A stretch of DNA of 64,000 nt from a virus, in IMG/VR virus record IMGVR_UViG_3300012685_000001, positions 49,468-113,467 of that record; one strand, 5' to 3'. A model generated the notes under the pieces. That model searched no databases, was not told the origin of the DNA, and saw nothing but the letters and a program-made list of their open reading frames with translations. How positions within the stretch are numbered: the first letter of the stretch is position 1; each line of letters begins with the position of its first letter. The position numbers and the translations under genes were made by a program. Of the stretch, positions 47,186 to 57,944 are shown piece after piece.

Positions 47186-48799
47186 TTAAACCCCACAAGC
47201 ACCACTTACACATGCCATTCCGTTACCAAGTTCTTCATACTCAATACCCTCTTGTGCAATAGCTTCAGCGTAACTTACCACAGTCAAAGGCTGACCACCT
47301 CTCGCACCATCAGGATATACAGTAATCCCACGGATGTCCTTGATGTGTTCCTTGAGAATGTTCCCAAAGTCCTCAACAGAGTACATCTGTGAGTCCCAGC
47401 TTGGCAAGTTCAAGGTAGAACTGATTCCATGGTCTACATACTGCTGCACCCAAGCCTGGAAAGCAAGACGTTTCCCAGGATCAAGAGACAGAGTATACGC
47501 AGTCTCAAGAGTATCAGGATCGATACCCTCATCAGCAAACTTCTTCGCCAGAGGTTCCACAACATACTGAAAATGCCAAGTAGTTCCCTTCAGGTATCTG
47601 CGCTTGTAAGCTACCGCAAAAAGAGGTTCGATGCCAGTAGTGGTCTCAGCAAGGATGCCGATGGTTCCAGTAGGGGCTATCGCTCTTGTCTTTACCGGCT
47701 CAGACACCCCTAGTTGCCTTGCTGCGGCCCTGGCGTACTCAGTGGAGTAGGAATACTCCTCCAGCCATCTGGCAAGCTCTGTATCGGGCGCGTACGGCTT
47801 TTCTCTCTGCACCAGCCACTCATAGATTCCCATCAGTCCAAGACCTAGACGTCTGTTTTTGGTACGGGTGTCTGCAACACCTTGATAAGGAACCTTGGAG
47901 TACAGAGTTCCACATAGAAGGAATCGGGTAGCCAATTCTGTAAGCTCAGCAAATTCCCCAATGGAATCAATGCGAGCCATATTCAGAGATCCCAGATTAC
48001 AGATGTCATTGTCATCTCGGGATGTTACTTCAGTACAGGCATTGCGCAGGTTCTCTCCAGTATTCTCACCGATATCTACAGAGAAGCCAGGCTCTCCTGT
48101 CTTCAGCATTCCTTCTACTGCTGTCCAGTAAACCTTCTGTGCCCATTCATGCCAGAACGTAAGGGTTCCATTCCTGTTTTCGAATGCCTCAAAGAAATCA
48201 TCGTCAAGAATGACAGAGATATTAGTCATATCAAGAGGAGCATAAGCATTGAAGTCCTTAAGTTTAGCAGCTTCAATATCCTCTCCCCAATTCTTCACCT
48301 TCATAAAATCGAATACATCAGGATGATTCCAGTGAAGTCCTGCCCAGATGGCAGAGCGACGTGAACCACCTTGCATAATGTTACGGCCGATCTCGTTGAT
48401 AGCCTGCATAAAAGCAAGAGGACCAGTAGATGTTCCTCCCATTCCCTTTACAGGTGCGCCATTCTCACGAAGCTTGGACCAGACAATACCGATACCTGCT
48501 CCAGTCATAAGCCCTGAAGCTACTCGTTGCATAAGATCAGCAATGGATTCTCTGCTGTCTTCAACTGTCAGCAGCAGACAGTTCTGTGTCTGGTGGAAAG
48601 ATTTACCTGTAGCATACAAATATCTACCGCCGGGCATGAACTTACGATCAATAACAGCTTGTGTCAGTTTCTCAATGTCCTCAGGGAAATACGGAGCCAT
48701 CACAGTAGAGATAACTCTACGAGCTGTATCACCCCAATCCTCTCCTTCTTGTGCGTACTTATTTCTATAAATAGTTTCGGCAAAGGGGCTCATACTCAA
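47186..48799 (-). CDS. nrdJ: class II (B12-dependent) ribonucleotide reductase, compact
   Basis: 'PGGR', 'NC', 'GGSRRSA', 'NISV', 'GEPG', 'NACTE', 'CNLGSLN', 'RRLGLG.MG', 'IAPTGT', C-terminal CxxGxC; no beta subunit nearby. Confidence 0.88.
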   Translation of the reverse strand: MSMSPFAETIYRNKYAQEGEDWGDTARRVISTVMAPYFPEDIEKLTQAVIDRKFMPGGRYLYATGKSFHQTQNCLLLTVEDSRESIADLMQRVASGLMTGAGIGIVWSKLRENGAPVKGMGGTSTGPLAFMQAINEIGRNIMQGGSRRSAIWAGLHWNHPDVFDFMKVKNWGEDIEAAKLKDFNAYAPLDMTNISVILDDDFFEAFENRNGTLTFWHEWAQKVYWTAVEGMLKTGEPGFSVDIGENTGENLRNACTEVTSRDDNDICNLGSLNMARIDSIGEFAELTELATRFLLCGTLYSKVPYQGVADTRTKNRRLGLGLMGIYEWLVQREKPYAPDTELARWLEEYSYSTEYARAAARQLGVSEPVKTRAIAPTGTIGILAETTTGIEPLFAVAYKRRYLKGTTWHFQYVVEPLAKKFADEGIDPDTLETAYTLSLDPGKRLAFQAWVQQYVDHGISSTLNLPSWDSQMYSVEDFGNILKEHIKDIRGITVYPDGARGGQPLTVVSYAEAIAQEGIEYEELGNGMACVSGACGV

Positions 48800-48816
48800 T
48801 GTAATGACTCCGTAAT

Positions 48817-49197
48817 TTATAAGTGATCTCCGCCACCTGCATTGAGGACGGCGATTTGTCCCTGCATAGTCTGATTGTCACCAGGCTGTCTTGATGGTGT
48901 TGCTTCTCCTGGCTTGGTATTGAGACTTCTTTCACCATGACCAGACTGTTCAAATCGTGGATGATATCCACATTCCCCACAGGCAATAGCATATGAACCA
49001 TAACTCATATACTTGTCACTTCCACAGTCAGGACATTGTCCTCCCTGCTTCAGTCTTACTGTAGGAACATAGTCACTTGGGATACTGCTTTGTAATTGAG
49101 GCTGCTGGGGTATAGGTACACCCACATTAAAAATATCTCTCGATGGAATAACCGCCTGTACAGGTTCCCCATTTAATTTACTGGCCCAAAAACTCAT
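48817..49197 (-). CDS. Zn-ribbon protein
   Basis: CPDCGS..C.ECGY. Confidence 0.7.
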   Translation of the reverse strand: MSFWASKLNGEPVQAVIPSRDIFNVGVPIPQQPQLQSSIPSDYVPTVRLKQGGQCPDCGSDKYMSYGSYAIACGECGYHPRFEQSGHGERSLNTKPGEATPSRQPGDNQTMQGQIAVLNAGGGDHL

Positions 49198-49615
49198 TGT
49201 TGTCTCCGTATTTTACTAATCCTTTTTGTAACATATGAGATACAACTGATTCAGTTATAGCTGTTCCCAATTTCACATTGTGCACCCTAAATTTAAGTCT
49301 TTCCTCTTCAGGAAGAGTTTTTAAATCCTCTTCCGAATGTATCAACGCCAGAGAAGCAGATTCTGCCGCCATATAACACAACAGATGAAGATCTCTTCCA
49401 AATGGGAGCAAAGAATTCTTTCTGTCCCACATTTCACGGGCTTCAGCTTCAAGTACATCAATACTTGCGGGCTGTTGTCCATATCTACTGGGCTCATTCT
49501 GCATTCTTCCTGGACCAAGCATGTCCCACAACATAGAGCGGGACAATTCAGTAGTAAGTGCCTGTAACGGGTCAATAGGTGCTACAGGACTTACCTCTTC
49601 GAATGGATCTACCAT
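49178..49615 (-). CDS. hypothetical protein
   Basis: AAGGAG RBS before MVDPF. Confidence 0.65.
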   Translation of the reverse strand: MVDPFEEVSPVAPIDPLQALTTELSRSMLWDMLGPGRMQNEPSRYGQQPASIDVLEAEAREMWDRKNSLLPFGRDLHLLCYMAAESASLALIHSEEDLKTLPEEERLKFRVHNVKLGTAITESVVSHMLQKGLVKYGDNNEFLGQ

Positions 49616-49616
49616 A

Positions 49617-51656
49617 TTACTCCTTGGCTTGCGACCATCTTTGAACCACAGAAACCTTACCCACATCAAGTGGAACCTTGATCAAGTCCTGTACTTCCTT
49701 ACCAATCATTGCTTCCAAAAGCATTGCACTACCTTCTTCCACCCTGTCATCAGGACACAGAATAACAAGTTCATCATGAACAGAAAGAATCATATGAATT
49801 TCATTACCAGGATTCTGAGCATTGTCCTGCTTCAAAAGATCATGCATTCTGATCATAGCAAGTTTGATGATATCACCAAGAGATCCCTGCACAAGACTAT
49901 TGATCACCTGACGCTCACCACGTGCCAGAATAGAACGCTCTGCCCTCCAAGGCTGCATGGGATCATACCATTCCAGTTTAGGAGCTTCCTTCCGTGCAAT
50001 CTCAGGAAGAACTTCCCACACCCTTCGCTTACGCCCTAGAATGGTACGGATATGAGGATCAGTCTTACGCTTACGGATAACACTGAGAATGTAATCCTTG
50101 AACTTATAGATCTCAGGGAATGCAATCCTGTGATTATCCAAAAGCTTCTGCGCAGCATCGACAGTGATCTTCAGAGTCTTGGCAACCTTAGCAGCCTGCG
50201 CACCATAGACAATAGCGAAGTTCAGAGTTTTAGCAGAATCTCTCTGCCATTTCTCCACATGATCGACAGGAACATTGAAAACCAGTGCCGCTGTCTGTGT
50301 ATGAGCATCAATTCCTGCTTGGAAACCATCATACAGACCACCGTAACCAATCATGGACGCCAGAATACGCAGCTCCATCTGACCATAGTCAGCTACTAGA
50401 AGCTTATATCCCGTTGGAGCCATGAACAAGCCACGGATCTTTTTACCCAGATCTGTACGGGGAGCAGGAATATTCTGAAGATTCGGTTCTCTTGAAGAAA
50501 AACGTCCCGTCACTGTTCCATATTGAACCAGATCTGTATGAATTCTTCCATTGAAAATACGACAAGGTTTACCCGCAGATGCATCTCCTATATAACCAAC
50601 GACGTAAGTGGTAAGAATCTTTGATACCTCCTGATATTCCAGAAGGGCATCTACTACAGGATTACCTACGTACTTCTCCAGAGTTTCACTGTCAGTAGAA
50701 GGGTCACCTGTCTTACGAGAGAACTTGATGGGCTTTAGTGCCTGCCCACCATCCTTCTTGTAATTGAAAAGGATTTCACGTTTCTGCTGATTGGAGTTGA
50801 TGTTGAATACTTTACCAGCAGCACGGTAGATCTTTGCTTCGATACCTTCCAGGACTACAGCCAACTCGTCACGAAGCTTCTCAAGCGCCTGTACGTCCAC
50901 TGGAGCGCCTATCAGACCCATCTGGCAACAGACCTCCGTCACCAGGTTTTCAAGCGCTGTAATGGGCCCTAGAGTCTCTTCCTGAACCCTCTCAGAGTAC
51001 ATCTTCCAGAGCAACCAGTCATAACGTGTGTCCAGCATGATATAACGAGCTACTTTGGAGAAAGGATGCAGTTCAATACACTTACCTACATTCTCCTTGT
51101 CATAGTCCACCTCGTAATACCAGCGAACAAGTTCCTTGAGTCCCTTCTTCATAGGACGCTTGGGACCAGCAGAGAACTGCCCGATATTCTCATCAAGAAC
51201 CCATTGCTGAACAATCGTATCTTCAAACGGCCCTGGGATTATCTCGCCATAATATTTGGCAATAGAAATTACATCGAAGGTTTGGTTGTGCGCAATCTTC
51301 TTTATATTATTGTCAAAGAAAAGAGGACGAAGAATCTCGAATACAGTACTGGCTTTAAGCTGTTGTACAGGTTCATCATAGATGACAGGATAATTGACAA
51401 ACTTCTTTGTGTGAGGATCTTTCTTCTTATGAGCACGTTGCAGAAGTACATCCCCATTGGGATGGCCCATAGGAATAGCAATAGTTCTGCCATAGGTAGC
51501 AAGAGCAATCCATACAACACGGTTCTGGGTAGGAACTCCTCTTGTATCTGGAGAGACACCATCCATGGACTCGACGTCGAAAGAAAAGGCTTCCTGCTTG
51601 AGAAAGTATTCGACTTCCTTTCTCAGCTGATCCGCTGTAAGGATAAGACCATCCAT
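49617..51656 (-). CDS. polA: family A DNA polymerase with 3'-5' exonuclease
   Basis: ExoI 'FDVES', 'TGRFSS..PNLQNIP', motif A 'ADYGQMELRILA', B 'R..AKTLNFAIVYG', C 'VHDE'. Confidence 0.97.
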   Translation of the reverse strand: MDGLILTADQLRKEVEYFLKQEAFSFDVESMDGVSPDTRGVPTQNRVVWIALATYGRTIAIPMGHPNGDVLLQRAHKKKDPHTKKFVNYPVIYDEPVQQLKASTVFEILRPLFFDNNIKKIAHNQTFDVISIAKYYGEIIPGPFEDTIVQQWVLDENIGQFSAGPKRPMKKGLKELVRWYYEVDYDKENVGKCIELHPFSKVARYIMLDTRYDWLLWKMYSERVQEETLGPITALENLVTEVCCQMGLIGAPVDVQALEKLRDELAVVLEGIEAKIYRAAGKVFNINSNQQKREILFNYKKDGGQALKPIKFSRKTGDPSTDSETLEKYVGNPVVDALLEYQEVSKILTTYVVGYIGDASAGKPCRIFNGRIHTDLVQYGTVTGRFSSREPNLQNIPAPRTDLGKKIRGLFMAPTGYKLLVADYGQMELRILASMIGYGGLYDGFQAGIDAHTQTAALVFNVPVDHVEKWQRDSAKTLNFAIVYGAQAAKVAKTLKITVDAAQKLLDNHRIAFPEIYKFKDYILSVIRKRKTDPHIRTILGRKRRVWEVLPEIARKEAPKLEWYDPMQPWRAERSILARGERQVINSLVQGSLGDIIKLAMIRMHDLLKQDNAQNPGNEIHMILSVHDELVILCPDDRVEEGSAMLLEAMIGKEVQDLIKVPLDVGKVSVVQRWSQAKE

Positions 51657-51901
51657 TAATCCTCCAACTCTCGTGCCTGGATAAAGTACTTCATGTAACC
51701 AAACTGACTGTTCCTGATAAACAATTCGGGCCAGCCAGTGTCGCTATCATGATGGACTTCAAATGAATCCTCTGTATGAAGTTCCGACAGCTTCTTCTTG
51801 GCACCTTCATATGTCATGTGCAAAGACACCGAATCGTTGTAACTGTGAACACCATCCCACTCATACAAAGAAATTTCAAAAACCGTGGCGTACCTATCCA
51901 T
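51656..51901 (-). CDS. hypothetical protein
   Basis: GGAGG RBS. Confidence 0.65.
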   Translation of the reverse strand: MDRYATVFEISLYEWDGVHSYNDSVSLHMTYEGAKKKLSELHTEDSFEVHHDSDTGWPELFIRNSQFGYMKYFIQARELED

Positions 51902-51918
51902 TGTTCCTCCTAAGTAAA

Positions 51919-51962
51919 GAGACCCTGACCAGTAGATTTTTAGTCTACTTGATCAGGGTCTC
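51919..51962 (-). terminator. terminator after ssb
   Basis: GAGACCCTGA..TCAGGGTCTC hairpin. Confidence 0.65.
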
Positions 51963-51974
51963 AGTGGTCAAGCC

Positions 51975-52694
51975 TTAGTCCTTCTTGCGCTTCTGAATAC
52001 GGTCAGAGTCCTGAACATCGGCAGCAATGTCCTGAAGGTACTCGTTGTCATTGATCCAGACAACCTCTGCACCATAACGATCTGCACTCAGCTCATTAAT
52101 CTCATCCTCAGTAAGAGGCTCAAGAGAATGCTCTTCCTGAATGTAACGAGAACGAATGAAAGAGACATTGGTTCCAGGTGCGGTACGACCAGCAACCTTA
52201 ACATGCTTTACTTCGAAGTAGGAACCTTCACCATCAAGAGCAACTTCCTTGTCCTCAGCAATGTTCTGAAGCTGAGAAGAGACTTCGGTCCCAAACGTCC
52301 AGGTCTTCACTTCGGAAGGATCTTCAGCCATGTCAACAACATTCATGATGAATGTCCAGGAAGAACGAACCTTCTCAGCACACAGAGGACAGTCGTTCTG
52401 CGTACAAGTAAAATAGCGTCCCTTTGAATTCAGATAGTGACGCTTGTACTTGACAGCAGGTTCACCATCAAGAAGCTTAAGGACACGAGTACCGTTGTCC
52501 TTAAGCTTCAGAACTGGTGCCTTGACAGTCTCAGTGCGCTCTTCCTGCTTCGCACCCCAGCCAGAACTGACAGCGGAACGAGTCACCTTCGAACGTACAG
52601 GTCCATCATTTCCTTCAAAAGTCTCAGGGTGCTCGTCGGACAAACCCTCAGACTTATCAGTATCAGTAACGGACTTACGGGTAATCTTAGCCAT
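51975..52694 (-). CDS. single-stranded DNA-binding protein (gp32-like)
   Basis: 'Y.RHY..FTC...CPLC..F.MNV.D'; position next to polA. Confidence 0.7.
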   Translation of the reverse strand: MAKITRKSVTDTDKSEGLSDEHPETFEGNDGPVRSKVTRSAVSSGWGAKQEERTETVKAPVLKLKDNGTRVLKLLDGEPAVKYKRHYLNSKGRYFTCTQNDCPLCAEKVRSSWTFIMNVVDMAEDPSEVKTWTFGTEVSSQLQNIAEDKEVALDGEGSYFEVKHVKVAGRTAPGTNVSFIRSRYIQEEHSLEPLTEDEINELSADRYGAEVVWINDNEYLQDIAADVQDSDRIQKRKKD

Positions 52695-52743
52695 ATATAT
52701 TTATCTCCTTATTAGAATGCACTCAGGCATATTAGAAAGGTTA

Positions 52744-53091
52744 TCAAGGGAGAATTCGGGTTACCAATGAACCCTTGTTATTTGTTATTGAGCGAGCCCA
52801 TGTAAGATCTGCGCCCTGAAGCTCATTCAGCTGATCAGAAATCTCTTCACCAATAACTGCAAGATCAGCATCTGCTGAAACTGTTCTCTTGATATTAGTG
52901 AAGATGGACATTTTCTCGTACTGTACGACAGCGAGATCCCAGCTTCTTGAATAAGTGATCTCTATCGTATCACCCAGTGGTGACATCGTTACTCTGTCCA
53001 GCGGAATTACATCTGCAAGAGGCTCTTGAACAATCTCACTGCCTTCACTTGGAACATCGTCTCCGACAGCCGTTTGCCTTTGTCTGGCCAC
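52744..53091 (-). CDS. hypothetical protein
   Basis: Operon ORF. Confidence 0.6.
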   Translation of the reverse strand: MARQRQTAVGDDVPSEGSEIVQEPLADVIPLDRVTMSPLGDTIEITYSRSWDLAVVQYEKMSIFTNIKRTVSADADLAVIGEEISDQLNELQGADLTWARSITNNKGSLVTRILP

Positions 53092-53438
53092 AATACTCCT
53101 TCATCTCGTGCGATCTTGACTAGTCCCTCAACCATACCACGGGTATACATTCTACGTCTACCCCGTGGATCGTTGGAAGGCTTGGTGTAAGGGGATTTAG
53201 GCAGGATACCTTCCCGCTCCCACTTACGCAAGGTCACTGGTGATCTATTACCAAGTGCCTTGCCCAATTGGCCGATGGAAAAGAATTCTGTTTCTTTTCC
53301 ACCGACCATAAAGATAAACGGCTTGGCATCCCAATTGCTAATGCTCTCCTCTTGTACCTCTCGTACCTTTTCAAATACAAGAGGAGTAGTAGAACCAGGA
53401 AAGACCTTAGCCAGTTGTTCTTGCCAAGTACTAACCAT
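53007..53438 (-). CDS. MerR-like HTH DNA-binding protein
   Basis: 'FSIGQL.KALG.RS.VTLRKWEREG.LP....RR.YT'. Confidence 0.8.
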   Translation of the reverse strand: MVSTWQEQLAKVFPGSTTPLVFEKVREVQEESISNWDAKPFIFMVGGKETEFFSIGQLGKALGNRSPVTLRKWEREGILPKSPYTKPSNDPRGRRRMYTRGMVEGLVKIARDEGVLWPDKGKRLSETMFQVKAVRLFKSLLQM

Positions 53439-53617
53439 CTATATCCCTAATATCATCAATAGGAGTCTCAGCAAACAGGTGATCCATCAGCTCATCCTGC
53501 ATCAGCTCAATGAAGTCTTCCCAGGAATACATGTCTTGAGACGCTACATACTGTTCGTCAGTCAGTTCAAGATAAAGATTAGGCGCGCGGTCAAAACTTA
53601 CTGATACCTTATGCATA

Positions 53618-54115
53618 TCAGTAACCTACCTCATACTCGAAAGTTACTACACGCTCAGGAGTAACCACAATCTCTATGTCATTACCGAACTTGGATCGTA
53701 CAGCGTCCTCGAAGCGTCCGGCATCAGCAGGAACATCAGGCCACGTATCCTTAGTCAACCCATCAGGATGATCAAAGGTACTCTCATAATCCCATTCATC
53801 GTAGTAGGTAGACTTCTTACCTGGATAAGCCTCTTCCATATCAGGCTCTTCATTGTTCAGCCAAGCCTGTGCAACTAAGGCATTAGTAGTAATACGAGGA
53901 TCTCCCACAGTGAACTCACAAGGATCACCATCATTGAAACCTGGAGTGTACTGAGCCCACTTAACCGCAGTGATACCTGATTCAAAAGCAGCCTTGAAAT
54001 ACGGAAGCAAATTCTGAATAGGTTCCTGAGGAACGCGATTCCACGATCCGTACTTACCCTCGACCTTCATACCCATAAAGGTATCGTCAGTATCTTCCTT
54101 AACTAAATACGTCAT
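53618..54115 (-). CDS. hypothetical phage protein
   Basis: 'V.W.QYTP.FNDGDPCEF.V'. Confidence 0.75.
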   Translation of the reverse strand: MTYLVKEDTDDTFMGMKVEGKYGSWNRVPQEPIQNLLPYFKAAFESGITAVKWAQYTPGFNDGDPCEFTVGDPRITTNALVAQAWLNNEEPDMEEAYPGKKSTYYDEWDYESTFDHPDGLTKDTWPDVPADAGRFEDAVRSKFGNDIEIVVTPERVVTFEYEVGY

Positions 54116-54476
54116 TCATATTCCCAATCTCTTTACGAATTGAACCAGACATCCAACGAGTGGAGTCATCGTCATACGAAATGTGCTTCAGATAATCGGC
54201 AGGAGAGGGAAGGAATCCCAGATCCTCGACAATATGTCTCTCGGCAATCAGACGAACAGGAACCTCAATGGACTTCTTGTTCTTCTGAATAGTAATAGTC
54301 TTGCCGAACATGTCCTCACACAGGTAGACACCTAGAGTGTGATGATACATGGCACGATGACGATAGTCACCATGTGTCTTCTTGCTGCTATCTATAAAAG
54401 ATTCGATCTCTATGTAATCCTCCCAAGTGCCTCCCCATTTATGGGCCGCTGATTGGGCATGATAAAAACTATTCAA
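54099..54476 (-). CDS. DUF6915-like protein
   Basis: 'HA.S.A.KWGG..EDY..I..F.DSSK...D.RHRA..HH..G...AERH..EDLG..P..D'. Confidence 0.75.
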   Translation of the reverse strand: MNSFYHAQSAAHKWGGTWEDYIEIESFIDSSKKTHGDYRHRAMYHHTLGVYLCEDMFGKTITIQKNKKSIEVPVRLIAERHIVEDLGFLPSPADYLKHISYDDDSTRWMSGSIRKEIGNMNDVFS

Positions 54477-54876
54477 GATATTTCTCCATATATTTAGCAG
54501 CTAGCATAAGAAGATTAGGATCGTGATTAAACATCCCTATTCCCCTATTACATTTTCCGCATATAAATTCTCTAATTTTACCTGTTTCTTCATCGTGATC
54601 AAGGTGTAGTTCTGTTTTAGTACTACAGATAGGGCAACAAGGTGACTGGTTCTTTAGAGCGTCATACTCTTCTAATGTAAGACCATAAACTTTCTTAGCT
54701 CTATGGCGCATTGCAGCCCTATTTGTACTGTGCTGCTCTGACATGCATTCTTTACATTGACCACAGAGACCGTTGTTTCCCTTTTTATGCTTCCAAAAAC
54801 TATCAACTGGTTTGAAATTTTCACAACTACTACACCAATGCATCCCTTCTGGCGCGGTAGGTCTTCTATAAGGCAT
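54469..54876 (-). CDS. endonuclease VII-like HNH nuclease
   Basis: 'YGLTLEEY..CPIC..LHLDHD..TGKIR..C..CNRG.G'. Confidence 0.88.
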   Translation of the reverse strand: MPYRRPTAPEGMHWCSSCENFKPVDSFWKHKKGNNGLCGQCKECMSEQHSTNRAAMRHRAKKVYGLTLEEYDALKNQSPCCPICSTKTELHLDHDEETGKIREFICGKCNRGIGMFNHDPNLLMLAAKYMEKYLE

Positions 54877-55834
54877 TAACTGGACTCAGCCTCCCACTCA
54901 GATCTTGGGATAAGAGTAATAACAGTGTCATCTTCATTGAACTTGAAAATCTCCAAACACTTCTTCAAGTGCTTCGATTCAGGCCAGCGTTCCGCTGTAG
55001 TCTTCTCGTTCTTAATAGCTCCCTTGGGCCACTTCTCATGGTAAGTCCAAGCAGTATTCCGGTTGGAATTGTAGGCCAGATAACTCATTCAGATTCCTTA
55101 ACTAGTTGCCAGTACTTATCCAAATGTGCTTCGCTTCTAAGATCAAGCTCATCCTTCACGTACCAACCCCAGCCACCATTGGCTTTCCGGCATTTGATAA
55201 CATAATTGATCTCGTCATCCTCAGTATCATAGAAGACATCCATAATTTCAACAGTTACTTCATGACCATCACGGACTTCCCAGGCGTTAGAAAGTCTTTG
55301 TCCTATCCGAAACAACAACTGGCACCCACTTAGTTGTAATGACCATTTACAAATCTCCCTCTTGTAGTTCTCCATCACGAAGTCTTACTGCTACTTCATA
55401 GCCTTCCCAATTGTCAACACCAGCAGCCTCAAGACACATGAGCCAGTCGATCTCAGCACTCATGTCATCGAATTGCTTCTTCTCAACAGCTACGAATTCA
55501 ACACCATTGACTGTAAATGATTCACTCAATTGTTTTCCTTCCATTCGGGGCATCCAGTGTCACAACCTCTTTTACAACCGTGCTTGCATGAGGGTGCCAT
55601 TAAAGTTCTGTCTCTTCAATTTTGTTGTCGACAATCTTGAACAATTTCACAAGCTTTCCACAGTGATAGCTTGCCTTGGTAGCAGAAACACTGCGCTTAT
55701 TCGCATGCAAACGCCATGTTCCGTACTCATCAATGCTCATGAACTCTGGAAACTCTAAACCATGTGCGACCATACTTTTCTCCTCTGATAACCCATAGCT
55801 TTCCCCACCATTAAGTGGGAAAAACTAAAGACAA

Positions 55835-56161
55835 TCAGCGACGACGCGTACGAGTAGTACTACGGTGAACAGTCTTGGTGTGCTTCGTAACACGCTTGCC
55901 ATTGCTGTGAACAGTAGTCGTAGTCTTGTGAACTACAGTCACATGATGCTTAGTGACATAGCTGCTGCTGTACTTCCTGACAGGGTGACCCGTGTGATCG
56001 TAGTAGTCACGGTGATTGTGGTAATAGCTGTACGGAACGTAGGTATAAACACCGTGATCCCATACATACTCATAACCCTGATCAACAGGCTGACTCCCAC
56101 AAGCAGTAGCACCAGTCAGAATAACCGCAGCTGTACCGATAGCAGCAAGAACCTTCTTCAC
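55835..56161 (-). CDS. lipoprotein with His/Thr/Arg-rich tail
   Basis: Signal peptide with lipobox 'ATAC'. Confidence 0.7.
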   Translation of the reverse strand: MKKVLAAIGTAAVILTGATACGSQPVDQGYEYVWDHGVYTYVPYSYYHNHRDYYDHTGHPVRKYSSSYVTKHHVTVVHKTTTTVHSNGKRVTKHTKTVHRSTTRTRRR

Positions 56162-56198
56162 TGTCTCTCCTTGATAAAAAATTTATAGGTGAATGTTA

Positions 56199-56390
56199 TT
56201 AGTTCTTAACGCACTTATAGAATGCCATACCATTTACGAATGTCCAGACCTTGTGGTAACCAGCGGGACACCCAGGAACTATGAGCTTAGTACTTACTGG
56301 TGGCTTGGGCAAAGTAATAGCGGAGGCACTCTCACTCAGCATGGCAACCATCATTACAGCAAGTGCAAGAGCTGTCAACATCTTCTTCAT
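56199..56390 (-). CDS. small secreted protein
   Basis: AAGGAG RBS; signal peptide; one Cys pair. Confidence 0.6.
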   Translation of the reverse strand: MKKMLTALALAVMMVAMLSESASAITLPKPPVSTKLIVPGCPAGYHKVWTFVNGMAFYKCVKN

Positions 56391-56392
56391 TG

Positions 56393-56836
56393 TTACTCCT
56401 TTGTAGGGGCGAAGGCCCATGTGACCGTTACATCAAACAGACTATCCCACTCGGCCTCAGTAATCAAATCTCTGGAGAACAGATCCCACAAAGCATCATG
56501 ATCAACATGTTGTACCAAGATGACTGGTTCCAGGTATCTCTCATCCTCCAACTGACCTTCGTCAGCCTTGGCATTGAGAAACTGAAGTACGCGTTCTTCA
56601 TTGAGAACCTTACTCGTCTTGCGCTGCTTCTGCAAGCTGGCATAACGCTTACCATTGACTTCCAGAGGCTCGCTGAAGGCTATCACATGAGATCCCCGGC
56701 TGTTGGTCTCAGCCTCAAGGAGATAAGGATCTAACTCCTTCTTGAGGTTCTCCTGCATCTCCTTACGCTCAGCAATTTCTCTGTTCAATAAGAGATAGGC
56801 GGCAACCTTGGCCTTAATAGCTGGATTATCCTGCAT
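56393..56836 (-). CDS. hypothetical protein
   Basis: Operon ORF, N-terminal coiled coil. Confidence 0.7.
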   Translation of the reverse strand: MQDNPAIKAKVAAYLLLNREIAERKEMQENLKKELDPYLLEAETNSRGSHVIAFSEPLEVNGKRYASLQKQRKTSKVLNEERVLQFLNAKADEGQLEDERYLEPVILVQHVDHDALWDLFSRDLITEAEWDSLFDVTVTWAFAPTKE

Positions 56837-57407
56837 ATCGTACCTTCTTGATAGTCAGATCAAAGTCAGAAGTACGCATCTGACGATTTACATATGTGTG
56901 AGCAGCCTCAACATCATCAAAGGCCAGAGTGCTGGCACTAGTAGCACCAGTAGTAGTTACCTCCCAGTACAGGTCTGGACGCACACGGAATTCAATACGA
57001 TTAACAGTACCAATTGACCCAGTAATCAAGTACTGAGCATGAGTCCACTTATCCTGACCAGCAACCTTGAACTGTACATTTCTGCCAGCAAGAAGGCTTC
57101 CCGCAGTTTCTGTCGGTGCTTCATGCTTCTCTACCTTGACAGCCTTACCTTCTTCGACGAGACGCGCAACAGTCTTCATCGAAGAATCCTTTGAAGTACT
57201 GTTCAATTCAACCCTTGCAGCAAAACGTTCATCGTCACTACGACTCTCCACTACATAATTGAATACAGGTGGCACACGGAACTGTGTACCAGAAGGAAAT
57301 ATAGTCAGTTCTTTTGCCTCCAGCCAATCGGTATAGATGTCCTTGTTCCATGAAGGAAGGGCAGGATTCAGAGTACGGTACTGAATTCCGTCTAGGATAT
57401 TAGTCAT
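56826..57407 (-). CDS. hypothetical protein (internal duplication)
   Basis: Two similar halves ('QYR..W..QFRV.P' / 'QFK..W..EFRVRP'). Confidence 0.7.
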   Translation of the reverse strand: MTNILDGIQYRTLNPALPSWNKDIYTDWLEAKELTIFPSGTQFRVPPVFNYVVESRSDDERFAARVELNSTSKDSSMKTVARLVEEGKAVKVEKHEAPTETAGSLLAGRNVQFKVAGQDKWTHAQYLITGSIGTVNRIEFRVRPDLYWEVTTTGATSASTLAFDDVEAAHTYVNRQMRTSDFDLTIKKVRYAG

Positions 57408-57944
57408 TTAATTCTCCAAATAATTTTTATATAGTTCTAGTATTTCTTTAGCCCAGGCTACTTTATCAGTTATTCGTTGTCCAGGAGGTTGGGACTTGGA
57501 CCACAGTTCTAGATTCTCAATTCGATTATCGTCTTTAATACCATTAAGATGATGAACATTTTCATGCTGTATTAATGGTCTGCCAAGATGCTCAGACATT
57601 ATTAAAACATGCTCAAAAATAATTCCTGCTTTTGTAGCGTTGGGATGTCCAGGGGCATAAAGCTTTCGGTAACCCTTAGGATCTAATGTTCCTTCACCAT
57701 AGTGTCCTCTAAAAGTATCGCCGTACTTCTTATACCTTAATGCATGGGTATGACATCGGTCATCTATATATCCCAAGGCTGTACACCAAGTAACTACACA
57801 AGATTCCTGTGGTGCCAAGCGTCTTACTTTTACATAGTCATTTAAGCACTGCTTACAAGCATAGGTAAGACCATCTTTAGCCTTCTTCAACCTGCCAAAG
57901 TCCTCAAATGGCTTTTTATTTTTACATCTACTACATCTTTTCAA
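57408..57944 (-). CDS. HNH homing endonuclease
   Basis: '[33 protein letters not shown]'; AT-rich. Confidence 0.9.
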   Translation of the reverse strand: MKRCSRCKNKKPFEDFGRLKKAKDGLTYACKQCLNDYVKVRRLAPQESCVVTWCTALGYIDDRCHTHALRYKKYGDTFRGHYGEGTLDPKGYRKLYAPGHPNATKAGIIFEHVLIMSEHLGRPLIQHENVHHLNGIKDDNRIENLELWSKSQPPGQRITDKVAWAKEILELYKNYLEN

